Notes: generated from the letters alone by a model not told the origin. DNA of 64,000 nucleotides from Gammaproteobacteria bacterium (GCA_041488255.1 JBGPOV010000005.1:15246-79245), one strand, 5' to 3'. Counted from the first letter of the stretch, positions 23,600 to 39,325 are shown. Translations and numbers: made by a program.

Positions 23600-24124
23600 A
23601 TGCGCTCGAAGCTTTTTGTCCTCCTCAGCACTGTGCTCCTAGCCGCCTGCAGCGGCGCCGAGTTCTCGGACTTGAAGGAGTTCGTCGAGCAGTCCGGGCA
23701 GGGTCTGCGCGGGCACGTCGACCCGCTGCCCCAAGTCAAGGCCTACGAACCGATGAGCTACAACGCGTTCGACCTGCCTGACCCGTTCAAGCCACGCAAG
23801 ATCGAGCCGGAGCGCGGCGCCGGCAGTGGACCGTCACCGGACCTGAACCGGCGCAAGGAACCGCTCGAGGCCTATCCGCTCGAGAGCCTGAAGATGGTGG
23901 GGACGCTGGAGAAGGGGAACCAACGCTGGGCCCTGATCAAGACCCCGGACGGCAATCTCTACCGGGTGCGCAGGAGCAATTATATGGGGCAGAACTTCGG
24001 CGTGATCGCGATGATCAGCGATTCGTCCATCACCCTCAAGGAACTGATCCAGGACACCACCGGCAGCTGGAGCGAGCGCACCAGCAACCTGCAGCTGCTG
24101 GAAGAAGAGGAGAAGAAGAAATGA
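23600..24124 (+). CDS. pilP: Type IV pilus lipoprotein PilP
   Basis: 174 aa with lipobox LLAAC. Position between pilO and pilQ. Confidence 0.85.
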   Translation: MRSKLFVLLSTVLLAACSGAEFSDLKEFVEQSGQGLRGHVDPLPQVKAYEPMSYNAFDLPDPFKPRKIEPERGAGSGPSPDLNRRKEPLEAYPLESLKMVGTLEKGNQRWALIKTPDGNLYRVRRSNYMGQNFGVIAMISDSSITLKELIQDTTGSWSERTSNLQLLEEEEKKK

Positions 24125-26277
24125 TGCGACTGCAGCCTCCGCTCACCCGCTCCGTTGTGCTCGCCGCGTCGCTGTTGCTGGTCGCTGCGAGCGCTGCCTT
24201 CGCTCAGAACACGGCCAAGAACCCGACCACGCCCGCGCCAGACGCGCCGGGCCAGAACGCATTGGAGGGGCTCGACGTGAGCGCGGAGAGCGGCAAGGTT
24301 ACCCTCAAGCTCAAGCTCAAGGATGCGCTCGCCAATCCGCCCGCCAACTTCAGCCTGGTCAACCCTCCGCGCATCGCCTTCGACTTTCCCAACACCGTAA
24401 ACGCCTTGGGCAAGAGCGCCCTGGACATCAACGAGGGTGACGTGAAGAGCGTGCGCATCGGTGAGAGCGGGGGCCGCACGCGGCTGGTGCTGAGTCTGAA
24501 CAAAAGCCTCAAATATAACGCGACGGTGGAAGGCCAGAACCTGGTCATCACGCTTCAGGGTGCGACGGGCGCGACTGCGGCAGCGCCGGCCGAGCCCACC
24601 CACTTCGCGGACGCCAAGCCGGCGCCCCAGCCCCATAGCGTGCGCAACATAGAGTTCAAGCGCGGGCGCGGCGGCGAAGGCCAGGTGGTCATCGATCTGT
24701 CCGACGTCGGGACCGGCATCGACCTCAAGCAGCAGGGTAAGACCATCATCGTCGATCTGCTCCAGACCGAGCTGCCGCTGGCCCTCGAGCGTCGCTTCGA
24801 CGTGACCGATTTCGGCACACCAGTCGAATTCATGGAGGCGACGGCACAGGGCAACGGCACTCGCGTGGTGATCCAGGCGCGCGGGCGCTGGGAGCAGTCG
24901 GCCTACCAGACCGATAACCGCCTGATCGTGGAGGTCAAGCCCATCTCTGAGCAGCAGCCTCAGGCCAAGGCCAAGACCGGCTATACCGGAGAGAAACTCT
25001 CGCTCAACTTCCAGAACGTGGAAGTCCGTGCCGTGCTGCAGGTCATCGCCGACTTCACCGGCCTGAACATCATCACCAGCGACACCGTCAGCGGCAATCT
25101 GACTTTGCGGCTGAAAGACGTCCCCTGGGACCAGGCGCTCGACATCATCCTGCAGGCGAAGGGCCTGGACGAACGCAAGGTCGGGAACGTGGTATGGATC
25201 GCGCCGCGCGACGAGATCGCCACCAAGGAAAAGCTGGCGCTGGAGGCACAGCAGCAGATCTCGGAGTTGGAGCCGCTGCGTACCGAAGCCTTCCAACTCA
25301 ACTATCAGAGGGCCGATGCCGTCCAGAAGCTGATTTCCGATGCGACCCAGAAGGTGCTGTCCAAGCGCGGCAGCGCGGTGGTGGACGCCCGCACCAACAC
25401 CTTGTTCGTGCAGGATACGCCCAGCAAGCTGGAGGAGATCCGGACGCTGATCAAGCAGATCGACGTCGCGGTGAGGCAGGTGCAGATCGAGTCGCGCATC
25501 GTCGAGGCCAGCGACACATTCAACAAGACCCTCGGTGCACGGCTGGGCATCAACACCCAAGGCACCGCAAACGGCTACGGACAGAACAACGTGAAGGTCA
25601 TCCCCGGCGGCAACGTGAACAGCCTCGGCGTGCAGACCGGCCAGACGATCAACTACCCCCAGAGCTTTTTCCCGGATTCGTTCAGCATCAACCTGCCGGC
25701 GGCTGCCATTGCCGGGACTCCGGCCGGTCAGTTCGGCTACACGATCTTCAACGCCGCCGCGACCCGCTTCCTAAACCTCGAGATCTCGGCGCTGCAGTCC
25801 GACCAAAAGGGTAAGATCATCTCCAGCCCGCGAGTGATCACGGCAAACAACGTCGAGGCCAACATCTCGCAGGGCACCCAGATTCCCTATCAACAAGCCA
25901 CCAGCAGCGGCGCGACCAGCATCACCTTCCAAAACGCGGTGCTGAGCCTCAAGGTCAAACCGCAGATCACGCCGGACGACCACGTGATGATGAGCATCGA
26001 GGTGCACAAGGACAGCGTTGGTCAGACCACAGTCGCCGGCCCGGCGATCGATACCAAGCAGGTCAACACGCAAGTCCTGGTGGAAGATGGCGGGACCGTC
26101 AGCATCGGCGGCATCTATACGCAGACGCTGAACAAGACGGTCAACAAGGTTCCGCTTCTGGGGGACATTCCCATCCTAGGCATGTTCTTCAGGCAGGAGT
26201 CGAGCACCAACGACCGGACGGAGCTCCTGATCTTCGTTAGCCCGCGCATCCTGCGTGAGAACTTGACAGCCCGCTGA
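24121..26277 (+). CDS. pilQ: Type IV pilus secretin PilQ
   Basis: 718 aa. AMIN-type N-domains and C-terminal secretin domain (VPLLGDIPILGMFFR...LLIFVSPRIL). Confidence 0.9.
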   Translation: MMRLQPPLTRSVVLAASLLLVAASAAFAQNTAKNPTTPAPDAPGQNALEGLDVSAESGKVTLKLKLKDALANPPANFSLVNPPRIAFDFPNTVNALGKSALDINEGDVKSVRIGESGGRTRLVLSLNKSLKYNATVEGQNLVITLQGATGATAAAPAEPTHFADAKPAPQPHSVRNIEFKRGRGGEGQVVIDLSDVGTGIDLKQQGKTIIVDLLQTELPLALERRFDVTDFGTPVEFMEATAQGNGTRVVIQARGRWEQSAYQTDNRLIVEVKPISEQQPQAKAKTGYTGEKLSLNFQNVEVRAVLQVIADFTGLNIITSDTVSGNLTLRLKDVPWDQALDIILQAKGLDERKVGNVVWIAPRDEIATKEKLALEAQQQISELEPLRTEAFQLNYQRADAVQKLISDATQKVLSKRGSAVVDARTNTLFVQDTPSKLEEIRTLIKQIDVAVRQVQIESRIVEASDTFNKTLGARLGINTQGTANGYGQNNVKVIPGGNVNSLGVQTGQTINYPQSFFPDSFSINLPAAAIAGTPAGQFGYTIFNAAATRFLNLEISALQSDQKGKIISSPRVITANNVEANISQGTQIPYQQATSSGATSITFQNAVLSLKVKPQITPDDHVMMSIEVHKDSVGQTTVAGPAIDTKQVNTQVLVEDGGTVSIGGIYTQTLNKTVNKVPLLGDIPILGMFFRQESSTNDRTELLIFVSPRILRENLTAR

Positions 26278-26330
26278 TCCTGGCATTCCGCGGAACGGTC
26301 GAACGCTCCGCGTCCCCGCCTCCAGAGGCA

Positions 26331-26359
26331 CCTTCGCCGCGGCTCGCCCGCGGCGAAGG
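26331..26359 (+). terminator. 12-bp perfect stem-loop after pilQ (weak terminator or attenuator before aroK)
   Basis: CCTTCGCCGCGG-ctcgc-CCGCGGCGAAGG followed by CGTTTCC. The U-tract is poor. Confidence 0.4.
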
Positions 26360-26393
26360 CGTTTCCAGGGAATCCATTTGCTAGAATGCGGGC

Positions 26394-26996
26394 ATGCAAG
26401 GGTCCCGAGATAATCAGGAGCACAATCCACGCAGCGAGGCTGCGTCCTTTCCGGGCAGCATCTTCCTGGTGGGCATGATGGGCGCCGGCAAGACATCGGT
26501 TGGCAAACTCCTGGCCCGGCATCTGGGCAAGACGTTTCACGACTCGGACCAGGTGATCGAGACCCGCACCGGGGTGAAGATCCCCCTCATCTTCGAGCTC
26601 GAGGGCGAGAGCGGGTTCCGGGCGCGGGAGGTGGCTGTCATCGAAGAGCTGACCGCGCTCAAAGACAGCGTCCTGGCCACCGGAGGCGGGGTCGTGCTGA
26701 ACGCGCACAACCGCGAGCTGCTCAAGGCCCGCGGCACGGTCGTTTATCTCCGCGCCTCGGTGAACGAGCTGTGGAGTCGCACCCGCCACGACCGCAACCG
26801 CCCGCTGCTGCAGACCACCGATCCCTATGCCCGGCTGTGCGAGCTGCACGCAGAGCGCGATCTCCTCTATCGTGAAGTGGCGGACGTCACCGTGGAGACC
26901 GGCGCTCAGAGCCTCAAGTCGCTGGTGGCGAAGCTGGAGCAGCGGCTCGAACGCCTGCAGCGTTCCATGCCCCCGCCTCCTCGAGTCGGCGCATGA
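26394..26996 (+). CDS. aroK: Shikimate kinase
   Basis: 200 aa. P-loop [19 protein letters not shown]. Confidence 0.9.
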   Translation: MQGSRDNQEHNPRSEAASFPGSIFLVGMMGAGKTSVGKLLARHLGKTFHDSDQVIETRTGVKIPLIFELEGESGFRAREVAVIEELTALKDSVLATGGGVVLNAHNRELLKARGTVVYLRASVNELWSRTRHDRNRPLLQTTDPYARLCELHAERDLLYREVADVTVETGAQSLKSLVAKLEQRLERLQRSMPPPPRVGA

Positions 26997-28123
26997 AGTG
27001 GCCCAAGATGCTGACGGTGCGCGTCGAACTGGGCGAACGCAGCTATCCGATACATATCGGCGGCGGCCTGCTCGCTCGGCCGGAACTTATTCTGGTTCAC
27101 CTATTGCAGAACCGCGTTGCTATCGTCACCAATCCCGTCGTCGGCGAGCTCTACCTTGCACGGTTCTCGCGGGGGCTAGCTGACCGCGGCATCGCCGTCG
27201 TGCCGTTGATCGTTCCAGACGGCGAGAGCCAAAAGTCTTGGGAGACGCTCAACAGCCTCTTCGACCGACTCCTTACCCATCGGTGCGAGCGCAAGACCAC
27301 CCTCATTGCCCTCGGAGGCGGAGTCATCGGCGACCTGACCGGATTTGCGGCCGCCGTATACCTACGGGGCGTGCCCTTCATCCAGGTCCCGACCACATTG
27401 CTGGCTCAGGTGGACTCTTCGGTGGGTGGCAAGACAGGCATCAACCATCCGCTGGGTAAGAACATGATCGGGGCTTTCTATCAGCCACGGCTAGTGCTGG
27501 CGGACACCGACACGCTGCAAACGCTGCCCGACCGCGAGCTGTCGGCCGGCTTGGCGGAGGTGATCAAATACGGCCTGATCCGCGACGCGGCACTGTTCGC
27601 TTGGCTGGAAGCCAATATAGAAAAGTTGCTTGCGCGCGAGCCCGCAGCGTTGGGGTACGCGGTCCGGCGGTCCTGCGAATTGAAGGCGGAGATCGTCGGC
27701 GCCGATGAACGTGAGGCGGGTGCGCGCGCGCTCCTCAACCTCGGGCACACCTTCGGTCATGCGATCGAGACGGGTTTGGGTTTCGGCGCTTGGCTGCACG
27801 GCGAGGCGGTAGCAGCCGGCTGTGTTCTGGCCGCATGCCTGTCGCAGCGTATGGGTCTGCTGGGCCAGGACGATGTCCAGCGCATCGTCGCGTTGTATCG
27901 CCGGGCGAAGCTTCCGACCGAGCCGCCGGACCTGGGCGCGGGACGCTACCTCGAGTTGATGGGCCTGGACAAGAAGGTCGAGCAGGGGCGGGTCCGCCTA
28001 GTGTTGCTGAAGTACATCGGGTCTGCGTTCGTGACCGCGGAGTTTCCGCCGGACTCGCTGGAGAGCGTGCTTGACAATCCCGTCGGTGTTCGCGCGGCGG
28101 GAGTCGGGGTTCGAGGCAACTGA
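26993..28123 (+). CDS. aroB: 3-dehydroquinate synthase
   Basis: 376 aa. [26 protein letters not shown] and HTFGHAIE motifs. ATGA overlap with aroK. Confidence 0.9.
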   Translation: MKWPKMLTVRVELGERSYPIHIGGGLLARPELILVHLLQNRVAIVTNPVVGELYLARFSRGLADRGIAVVPLIVPDGESQKSWETLNSLFDRLLTHRCERKTTLIALGGGVIGDLTGFAAAVYLRGVPFIQVPTTLLAQVDSSVGGKTGINHPLGKNMIGAFYQPRLVLADTDTLQTLPDRELSAGLAEVIKYGLIRDAALFAWLEANIEKLLAREPAALGYAVRRSCELKAEIVGADEREAGARALLNLGHTFGHAIETGLGFGAWLHGEAVAAGCVLAACLSQRMGLLGQDDVQRIVALYRRAKLPTEPPDLGAGRYLELMGLDKKVEQGRVRLVLLKYIGSAFVTAEFPPDSLESVLDNPVGVRAAGVGVRGN

Positions 28124-28231
28124 ACTGGCGAACAATGCCGAGAACAACGATGTGTGCGTGCGTGCGTCCCGCCGCACTGGACGCCGGCCGCCCGCGGCGT
28201 AGCCACGCACACCGGCACACGCACTCGACGC

Positions 28232-29353
28232 ATGCTTGAGCTGGCCGGTTACGCGGTCTCCGTCCCGGCTTCGCGCGGGCGGCGGTTCAACGAAGATGCG
28301 CCCGGATTCCGCAATGAGTTCCAGCGTGACCGCGATCGCATCATCCATTCCACCGCCTTCCGGCGCCTGGAGTACAAGACCCAGGTCTTCGTCAACCATG
28401 AGGGCGATCACTTCCGCACGCGGCTCACCCACAGCCTGGAAGTCGCGCAAATCGCCCGCTCGATCGCGCGCACGCTACGGCTCAACGAGGACCTGACCGA
28501 GGCCATCACACTGGCCCATGATCTGGGGCACACTCCGTTCGGCCACGCCGGACAGGACGCACTCAACGAGTGCATGCGCAGCCACGGCGGGTTTGAGCAC
28601 AACCTGCAATCCCTGCGTGTGGTCGACCTGCTCGAGCAGCGCTATGCCGCGTTCGACGGCCTGAATCTATGCTTCGAGACGCGCGAGGGCATCCTCAAGC
28701 ACTGCTCCGTCAGGCAGGCGGAGCGGCTGGGCGATGTGGGCGAGCGCTTCGTGAAAAAGCAGCGGCCGTCGCTGGAAGCCCAGCTTGCCAACCTGGCCGA
28801 CGAGATCGCCTACAACAACCACGACGTGGACGACGGGCTACGCTCCGGGCTGCTGACGCTCGATCGGCTGCGGTCGGTGGCCATGTTCCGTCGCCAACTG
28901 GAGGCTATGCTGCAGCGGTTTCCCGGGCTGGCTGAGCGGCGGCTAGTCCATGAGACCATCCGCCGCATGATCAACGCGCTGGTCACCGACCTCATTCGTC
29001 GCAGTCAGGCCAACATCGAGCAGGCTCGACCTGGCTCGCTAGAAGACGTGCGTGCTGCGCCCCAGTTGATCGACTTCAGCTCCGAGACCCGGCGCGAGCA
29101 GCAGGAGCTCAAGGACTTCCTGTCGGCCAACCTGTACCGCCATTTCCAGGTGAACAGGGCGGCAGCCAAGGCGCGCCGCATCGTGCGCGAGTTGTTCCAG
29201 GCGTTTGACGAGGAGCCGCAACTGCTGCCTCCGGAGTTCCAGGAACAGCTCGCGCGGGACGGCCCCCGTGCCATCGCCGATTACGTCGCTGGAATGACCG
29301 ACCGCTACGCCATCCGGGAGCACCGACGCCTGTTCGCCGTCGAGGAGGGCTGA
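28232..29353 (+). CDS. dGTP triphosphohydrolase-like HD-domain protein
   Basis: ORF from GTG 28154. ATG 28232 is preferred. [30 protein letters not shown] and [12 protein letters not shown] motifs. Confidence 0.85.
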   Translation: MLELAGYAVSVPASRGRRFNEDAPGFRNEFQRDRDRIIHSTAFRRLEYKTQVFVNHEGDHFRTRLTHSLEVAQIARSIARTLRLNEDLTEAITLAHDLGHTPFGHAGQDALNECMRSHGGFEHNLQSLRVVDLLEQRYAAFDGLNLCFETREGILKHCSVRQAERLGDVGERFVKKQRPSLEAQLANLADEIAYNNHDVDDGLRSGLLTLDRLRSVAMFRRQLEAMLQRFPGLAERRLVHETIRRMINALVTDLIRRSQANIEQARPGSLEDVRAAPQLIDFSSETRREQQELKDFLSANLYRHFQVNRAAAKARRIVRELFQAFDEEPQLLPPEFQEQLARDGPRAIADYVAGMTDRYAIREHRRLFAVEEG

Positions 29354-29367
29354 CCAGGGAAGGCGAT

Positions 29368-29395
29368 CCCCGTCGCGGGACGGGGGTTGGTTTCC
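29368..29395 (+). terminator. Intrinsic terminator after the dGTPase-like gene
   Basis: CCCCGTC-gcgg-GACGGGG followed by TTGGTTTCCTGTT. Confidence 0.5.
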
Positions 29396-29397
29396 TG

Positions 29398-29426
29398 TTG
29401 AAGGGCGATGTCCTTGACGGTACACT
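29398..29426 (+). promoter_or_regulatory. Possible sigma70 promoter of gltBD (TTGAAG-17 nt-TACACT)
   Basis: Hexamers and spacing read directly. Lies between the upstream terminator and gltB. Confidence 0.35.
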
Positions 29427-29588
29427 AAAAATCTTGCACCTCAGACTTTTGACGGTCCCGATGCCCTAGACGCCAAGGCCTACCCCCCGGCGGAGCGGCT
29501 GTCGGGCCGGTTGAATCTGGGGTGGATTTGTCTGGTCCGTCTGACAGTTAGCGTCCGCTGCGGAACTCGTGGCGGAGGAGGCGCGCAA

Positions 29589-34244
<4,656 letters not shown>

Positions 34245-34256
34245 CGGCGGATATCA

Positions 34257-34326
34257 CCACAGAGGCACGGAGACACAGCTCAGGACGTCTGTGTTTCGTG
34301 TCCTCTGCGCCTCTGTGTCTCTGTGG
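34257..34326. repeat. Imperfect palindromic element built from CACAGAG/CTCTGTG words in the gltB-gltD spacer
   Basis: CCACAGAGGCACGGAGACACAG - 10 nt - CTGTGTTTCGTGTCCTCTG, then a second right-arm copy CGCCTCTGTGTCTCTGTGG. Alternative long hairpins are possible. Confidence 0.7.
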
Positions 34327-34345
34327 TCGATGAGGTGCTGAACAG

Positions 34346-35833
34346 ATGGGGAAGGTAACGGGATTCCTGGAATACCAGCGGCTGGCGGAAGCAAGCGAGC
34401 CGAAGGAGGAGCGCGTCAAGCACTGGCACGAGTTCATTCATCATCTGAGCGACGACGAGGCGAAGATCCAGGGCGCGCGCTGCATGGATTGCGGGATCCC
34501 GTTCTGCCTGAGCGGCTGCCCGATCAACAACATCATCCCGGACTGGAACGACCTGGTCTACAAACAGAACTGGCAGCAGGCGCTGGCCACGCTGCATTCG
34601 ACCAACAATTTCCCCGAGTTCACCGGCCGCATCTGCCCCGCGCCCTGCGAGGAAGCCTGCACCCTGAACATCAACAACGACCCGGTGGGGATCAAGTCCA
34701 TAGAGCACGCCATCATCGACAAGGGCTGGGAGATGGGCTGGGTCGCCCCGCAGCCGCCGGAGCACAAGACCGGTAAACGCGTGGCCGTGGTGGGCTCGGG
34801 GCCCGCGGGGATGGCCTGTGCCCAGCAGCTGGCGCGCGCCGGGCACGACGTGGTCGTGTTCGAGAAGAACGACCGCATCGGCGGGCTGCTGCGCTATGGC
34901 ATTCCCGACTTCAAGATGGAGAAGTGGCTGATCGACCGCCGCATCGAGCAGATGCAGCAGGAGGGTGTCGAGTTCCGCCCCAGCGTCTGCGTAGGTAGCC
35001 CCGAGCCCCTGCCCACCGGCGTCACCAACCTTGCCGCCAAGTTCATCCCGGCCCAGCAGCTCGTGAGCGAGTTCGACGCCGTAGTGGTGTCCGGCGGCGC
35101 CGAGCATCCGCGTGACTTGCCCATCCCCGGGCGTGACCTGAACGGCATCCATTTCGCCATGGACTTCCTGCCGCTGCAGAATCGGCGCGTGGCGGGCGAC
35201 GATGGCATCCCCGACCTTTTTGCCAGCGGTAAGCACGTCGTGGTGATCGGTGGCGGCGACACCGGCTCGGATTGCGTCGGCACCTCCAACCGGCACGCGG
35301 CCAGGTCGGTCAGCCAGTTCGAGCTGCTGCCGCAGCCGCCGGACGTCAAGAACAACCCGGTCTGGCCCTACTGGCCCGCGAAGCTGCGTACCTCGTCCTC
35401 TCAAGAGGAAGGCGCGCATCGCGACTGGGCCGTGAGCACCAAGAGGTTCGAGGGCGAGAACGGCAAGGTGAAAGCGCTGGTGGCGTGCCGCGTCGAGTGG
35501 AAGAAAGACCCGGCCAGTGGTCAGATGAGAATGCAGGAGGTCGCCGACTCGGAGTTCGAGATGCCGGCCGACCTCGTGCTGCTGGCCATGGGCTTTCTGG
35601 GGCCCGTACATGGTGGGCTGCTGGACGAGCTTGGCGTGGAGTACGACCCGCGCGGTAACGCCAAGGCCGCCACTGACGGGCAGGGCTGTTATCAGACTTC
35701 CCAGCCGAAGGTGTTCGCAGCCGGGGACATGCGGCGCGGCCAGTCGCTGGTGGTCTGGGCCATCCGCGAAGGGCGTCAGTGCGCGCGCGCGGTCGACGAA
35801 TTCCTGATGGGCACTTCGGAGCTGCCGCGCTGA
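34346..35833 (+). CDS. gltD: Glutamate synthase (NADPH) small subunit
   Basis: 495 aa. Fe-S Cys clusters ([18 protein letters not shown]) and [14 protein letters not shown] dinucleotide fold. Confidence 0.95.
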   Translation: MGKVTGFLEYQRLAEASEPKEERVKHWHEFIHHLSDDEAKIQGARCMDCGIPFCLSGCPINNIIPDWNDLVYKQNWQQALATLHSTNNFPEFTGRICPAPCEEACTLNINNDPVGIKSIEHAIIDKGWEMGWVAPQPPEHKTGKRVAVVGSGPAGMACAQQLARAGHDVVVFEKNDRIGGLLRYGIPDFKMEKWLIDRRIEQMQQEGVEFRPSVCVGSPEPLPTGVTNLAAKFIPAQQLVSEFDAVVVSGGAEHPRDLPIPGRDLNGIHFAMDFLPLQNRRVAGDDGIPDLFASGKHVVVIGGGDTGSDCVGTSNRHAARSVSQFELLPQPPDVKNNPVWPYWPAKLRTSSSQEEGAHRDWAVSTKRFEGENGKVKALVACRVEWKKDPASGQMRMQEVADSEFEMPADLVLLAMGFLGPVHGGLLDELGVEYDPRGNAKAATDGQGCYQTSQPKVFAAGDMRRGQSLVVWAIREGRQCARAVDEFLMGTSELPR

Positions 35834-35840
35834 TGCGGGC

Positions 35841-35861
35841 GAGGGGCGAGGCGTGAGGCGT
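35841..35861 (+). repeat. Tandem heptad array GAGGGGC-GAGGCGT-GAGGCGT, in the loop of a 7-bp stem (35832-35838 / 35864-35870)
   Basis: Read directly, immediately after the gltD stop. Confidence 0.8.
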
Positions 35862-35961
35862 AACCGCATCTCGACCCGGCTGGTCATCCACCCGCTCCAG
35901 CCCGCACTGACATCGCCCGTTCGGTTCCGCTCGCCTCGCTCGTCGCGAAGCGCGGCTCTTG

Positions 35962-35987
35962 TCGCCTCGCGCCTCACGCCTCACGCC
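35962..35987 (-). repeat. Inverted copy of the heptad array (TCGCCTC-GCGCCTC-ACGCCTC-ACGCC), 9-34 nt upstream of the hemE ATG
   Basis: Read directly. It is the reverse complement of (GAGGCGN)3, about 100 bp from the left array. Confidence 0.8.
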
Positions 35988-35995
35988 GTACGCCG

Positions 35996-37063
35996 ATGAA
36001 CCGCCCCAAGAACAACACCCTGCTGCGTGCGCTGTTGCGCGAGCCCACGCCCTACACGCCGATCTGGATCATGCGCCAGGCTGGCCGGTATCTGCCCGAG
36101 TACAACCAAACCCGAGCACGCGCAGGTGATTTCCTGGCGCTGTGCAAGAATCCCGATCTCGCCACCGAGGTCACGCTGCAGCCGCTCGCACGCTTTGCTC
36201 TGGACGCGGCGATCCTGTTCTCCGACATCCTTACCGTGCCGGATGCCATGGGGTTGGGCTTGTACTTCGCCGAGGGCGAGGGTCCGCGTCTTGAACGCCC
36301 GCTGCGCGAGGAGTGGGAGGTGCGCGATCTCACCGTGCCCGACCCGTACGACCGTCTGCGCTATGTCCTGGATGCGTGCTCGCAGATCCGCCGAGCGCTC
36401 AACGACGAGGTGCCGCTGATCGGTTTTTCCGGCAGCCCGTTCACGCTGGCCTGCTACATGATCGAGGGACGCGGCAGCCAGGACTTCGGCGAGGTCAAGC
36501 GCATGCTCTACAGCCGGCCCGATCTCCTACACCGCATCCTCGACCTGAATGCGCAGGCGGTGGCGGCCTATCTCAATGCCCAGATCGAAAGCGGTGTCCA
36601 GGCCGTGATGCTGTTCGATACTTGGGGCGGTGCGCTGTCTCACGCGGCCTTCCACGAGTTCTCGCTGCCCTACCTGCGCGCGGTGCTGGGACAACTGCAC
36701 CGCAGGCACGACGCTCAGATCGTTCCCCGGACAGTATTCACCAAGGGTGGAGGCCTGTGGCTGGAGCCCCTGGCCGACAGCGGCGCCGACTGCGTAGGCG
36801 TGGACTGGGCGGTAGACCTCGGTGCCGCGCGCAGCCGCATCGGCAACAAGGTCGCGCTGCAGGGCAATCTCGATCCGGCCGTCCTGTTCGCGCCGCCCGA
36901 GGTGGTACGCATCGAAGCGGCCAAGGTCCTGGCTTCGTATGGTGCCGGCGCTGGCCACGTCTTCAACCTGGGCCACGGGGTGTCGGCGTCGACGCCGCCG
37001 GAGAACGTCGCCGTGCTGGTGGACGCCGTGCACGAGCTGAGCCGGCCGTACCACCAGGGCTGA
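35996..37063 (+). CDS. hemE: Uroporphyrinogen decarboxylase
   Basis: 355 aa. [15 protein letters not shown] signature. Confidence 0.95.
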   Translation: MNRPKNNTLLRALLREPTPYTPIWIMRQAGRYLPEYNQTRARAGDFLALCKNPDLATEVTLQPLARFALDAAILFSDILTVPDAMGLGLYFAEGEGPRLERPLREEWEVRDLTVPDPYDRLRYVLDACSQIRRALNDEVPLIGFSGSPFTLACYMIEGRGSQDFGEVKRMLYSRPDLLHRILDLNAQAVAAYLNAQIESGVQAVMLFDTWGGALSHAAFHEFSLPYLRAVLGQLHRRHDAQIVPRTVFTKGGGLWLEPLADSGADCVGVDWAVDLGAARSRIGNKVALQGNLDPAVLFAPPEVVRIEAAKVLASYGAGAGHVFNLGHGVSASTPPENVAVLVDAVHELSRPYHQG

Positions 37064-37087
37064 GCGGCCGCGTCGGCCGAGGCGGCG

Positions 37088-39277
37088 ATGCAGCTGGTGC
37101 GGGTCGCGCTCGACGTACCCCTGCCTACGCTGTTCGACTATCGCCTGGAGCACGCCACGCGCGAGCTGATCGGTGTTCGCGTGCTGGTGCCCTTCGGGCG
37201 GGGTCAGCGCGCCGGCATCATCCTCGAGGTTGGCGGTGCGCCGCAGGTGCCGCCGGAGCGCATCAAACGGGTGACGCAAGTCTTCGTCGACGAACCTCGG
37301 CTGGCGCCGGACCTTCTGGACCTGATGCGTTTTGCCAGCCGCTATTACCACTACCCCATCGGCCAGGTCGTGATGGGCGCGCTGCCCCAGCCGCTGCGGC
37401 GCGCGCGCGCGTCGCGTGACGCCGAGGCGCGCGTCGCGCTCACGCCCGCCGCGCTGGCCGCCGACTGGTCTGCGCTTCCGCCGCGGGCCGTGGCCAGGCG
37501 CCGCGTGCTCGAGCATTTGCGCGCTGATGGTCCTTGCGCGCCGGTGCAGCTGCGCTCTCTTGCCTCCACCGCGTCGCGCGCGCTCAAGGATTTGATGGCG
37601 CAAGGTTGGGTGGCGCCTCAGGTGGTGGCCCTAGCGCGGGAAACGCCGCAGGGCGCCGTCCACTGCGCGGTGCCCGATCTCGCGCTCACCCGCGACCAGG
37701 CCAAAGCGCTGAACGCGATCGAGGCGACGCTGGGTCGCTTCGCAGCCTGGCTGCTGCTGGGGGTGACCGGTAGCGGCAAGACCGAGGTGTATCTGCAGTT
37801 GATCGAGCGCGTGCTGGCTCGCGGCGGGCAAGCGTTGCTCCTGGTGCCGGAGATCAACCTGACGCCTCAGCTCCAGGCGCGGCTTAGCGCGCGATTCCCC
37901 GGCGCCGTGTTGGCGGGACTGCACAGCGGCGTGCCGGAGGCCGAACGCTTGCGCCGCTGGCGTGCTGCCGAGTCGGCACACGCGAGCATCCTGGTCGGCA
38001 CACGGCTCGCGGTGTTCACGCCGCTGCCGCGGCTTGGCCTGATCGTCGTCGACGAGGAGCACGACGCCTCGTTCAAGCAGCAGGAGGGCCTGCGCTACTC
38101 GGCTCGCGACCTCGCAGTGCTGCGGGCGAAGCATCGCCGGGTGCCGGTGGTACTGGGTTCCGCCACGCCCTCGTTGGAGACCTATGCGAGTGCGTTAGCC
38201 GGCCGCTACCGGCTGGCACAACTGCCGAGCCGGGCGAACTCGCAGCTGCCCTCGATCCGTTGCGTGGACACGCGCGGGCAGCGGCTGCGCGAGGGCCTGT
38301 CCCTAGAGCTGATCGACGCCCTGACCAGGTGCCTGGGCTCTAGGGAGCAAGGCCTCGTATTCGTCAACCGTCGCGGCTACGCCCCCGCGCTGGTGTGCTT
38401 CGCTTGCGGCTGGAGCGCACCCTGCCCGCGCTGCTCGGCGCGCCTGGTGCTTCATCTGAGCGAGACACGCCTGCGCTGCCATTACTGCGGGCACGAGGAG
38501 CCCGTGGTCGGCGCGTGCCCGAGCTGCGGTAACCTGGACCTCACGGCGGCGGGCCACGGCACCCAGCGTATCGAGCACGCGCTGGGGCAGCTGTTCCCAG
38601 CGGCGCGCGTGCTACGCATCGACCGGGACACCGCGCGCAAACGGCTGGCGTTCGAGCGGATGCGGCAGCGCGTCCAGGACCATGACGTCGACATCCTCGT
38701 CGGCACCCAGATGCTGGCCAAGGGCCACGACTTCCCGCGCTTGACGCTGGTCGGCGTCATCAACGCGGACCGCGCGCTTTACAGCACGGACTTCCGCGCG
38801 GCCGAGAGGCTGTTTGCCCAGCTCACCCAGGTCGCGGGCCGCGCCGGGCGGCGCGACGCTGCCGGCGAGGTGCTCATCCAGACCGAGTTCCCGGGCCATC
38901 CTCTCTACCAGGCCGTGCGGCGCCAGGATTACGCGGCGTTCGCCCAGCTTGCCCTGGCCGAGCGGCGCGAAGCCACTGTGCCGCCTTACGCGCACCAGGT
39001 CCTGCTGCGCGCGGAGGCGCCGCGGCGAGATGCGGTGGAGCGCTTTCTCGGGCGAGCAGCACAGGCGGGCAGGCGGCTCGGCTTTCGCGTGGAGATCTAT
39101 GAGCCCGTGCCCGCGCCGGTGGCACGGGTCGCGGGCCGGGAGCGCGGGCACCTGCTGGTGCAGAGCGGATCGCGCATCGAACTGCAACGCTTCACAGATG
39201 CGTGGGCACCGCGCCTGTCCGGTCGCGAGGCCCGCCGGGTTCGCTGGGCGCTGGACGTCGATCCGGCGGACCTTTGA
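37088..39277 (+). CDS. priA: Primosomal replication-restart helicase PriA
   Basis: 729 aa. Walker A GVTGSGKTEVY, DEEH box, and Cys-rich zinc region CFACGWSAPCPRCSARL...CHYCG...CPSCG. Confidence 0.9.
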   Translation: MQLVRVALDVPLPTLFDYRLEHATRELIGVRVLVPFGRGQRAGIILEVGGAPQVPPERIKRVTQVFVDEPRLAPDLLDLMRFASRYYHYPIGQVVMGALPQPLRRARASRDAEARVALTPAALAADWSALPPRAVARRRVLEHLRADGPCAPVQLRSLASTASRALKDLMAQGWVAPQVVALARETPQGAVHCAVPDLALTRDQAKALNAIEATLGRFAAWLLLGVTGSGKTEVYLQLIERVLARGGQALLLVPEINLTPQLQARLSARFPGAVLAGLHSGVPEAERLRRWRAAESAHASILVGTRLAVFTPLPRLGLIVVDEEHDASFKQQEGLRYSARDLAVLRAKHRRVPVVLGSATPSLETYASALAGRYRLAQLPSRANSQLPSIRCVDTRGQRLREGLSLELIDALTRCLGSREQGLVFVNRRGYAPALVCFACGWSAPCPRCSARLVLHLSETRLRCHYCGHEEPVVGACPSCGNLDLTAAGHGTQRIEHALGQLFPAARVLRIDRDTARKRLAFERMRQRVQDHDVDILVGTQMLAKGHDFPRLTLVGVINADRALYSTDFRAAERLFAQLTQVAGRAGRRDAAGEVLIQTEFPGHPLYQAVRRQDYAAFAQLALAERREATVPPYAHQVLLRAEAPRRDAVERFLGRAAQAGRRLGFRVEIYEPVPAPVARVAGRERGHLLVQSGSRIELQRFTDAWAPRLSGREARRVRWALDVDPADL

Positions 39278-39325
39278 GGGAGGCGGATGGAATCGAACGG
39301 CGGCGGTTGTCCGTCTGCAACTCGG

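Noticed and set aside
28150-28167. An 18-nt perfect alternating purine-pyrimidine tract that includes (TGCG)3, with complementary ACGCACAC words about 45 nt downstream. This could be Z-DNA-prone, a slippage tract, or a 5'-UTR stem of the dGTPase-like gene.
   Set aside because: It is short, single-copy and plausible by chance in GC-rich DNA. There is no evidence of phase variation, because it lies outside the preferred coding start at 28232.
35841-35987. The heptad repeats as a CRISPR-like or minisatellite array.
   Set aside because: The repeat unit is only 7 nt, with three copies per side and no spacers or cas genes. It is better described as inverted short tandem repeats.
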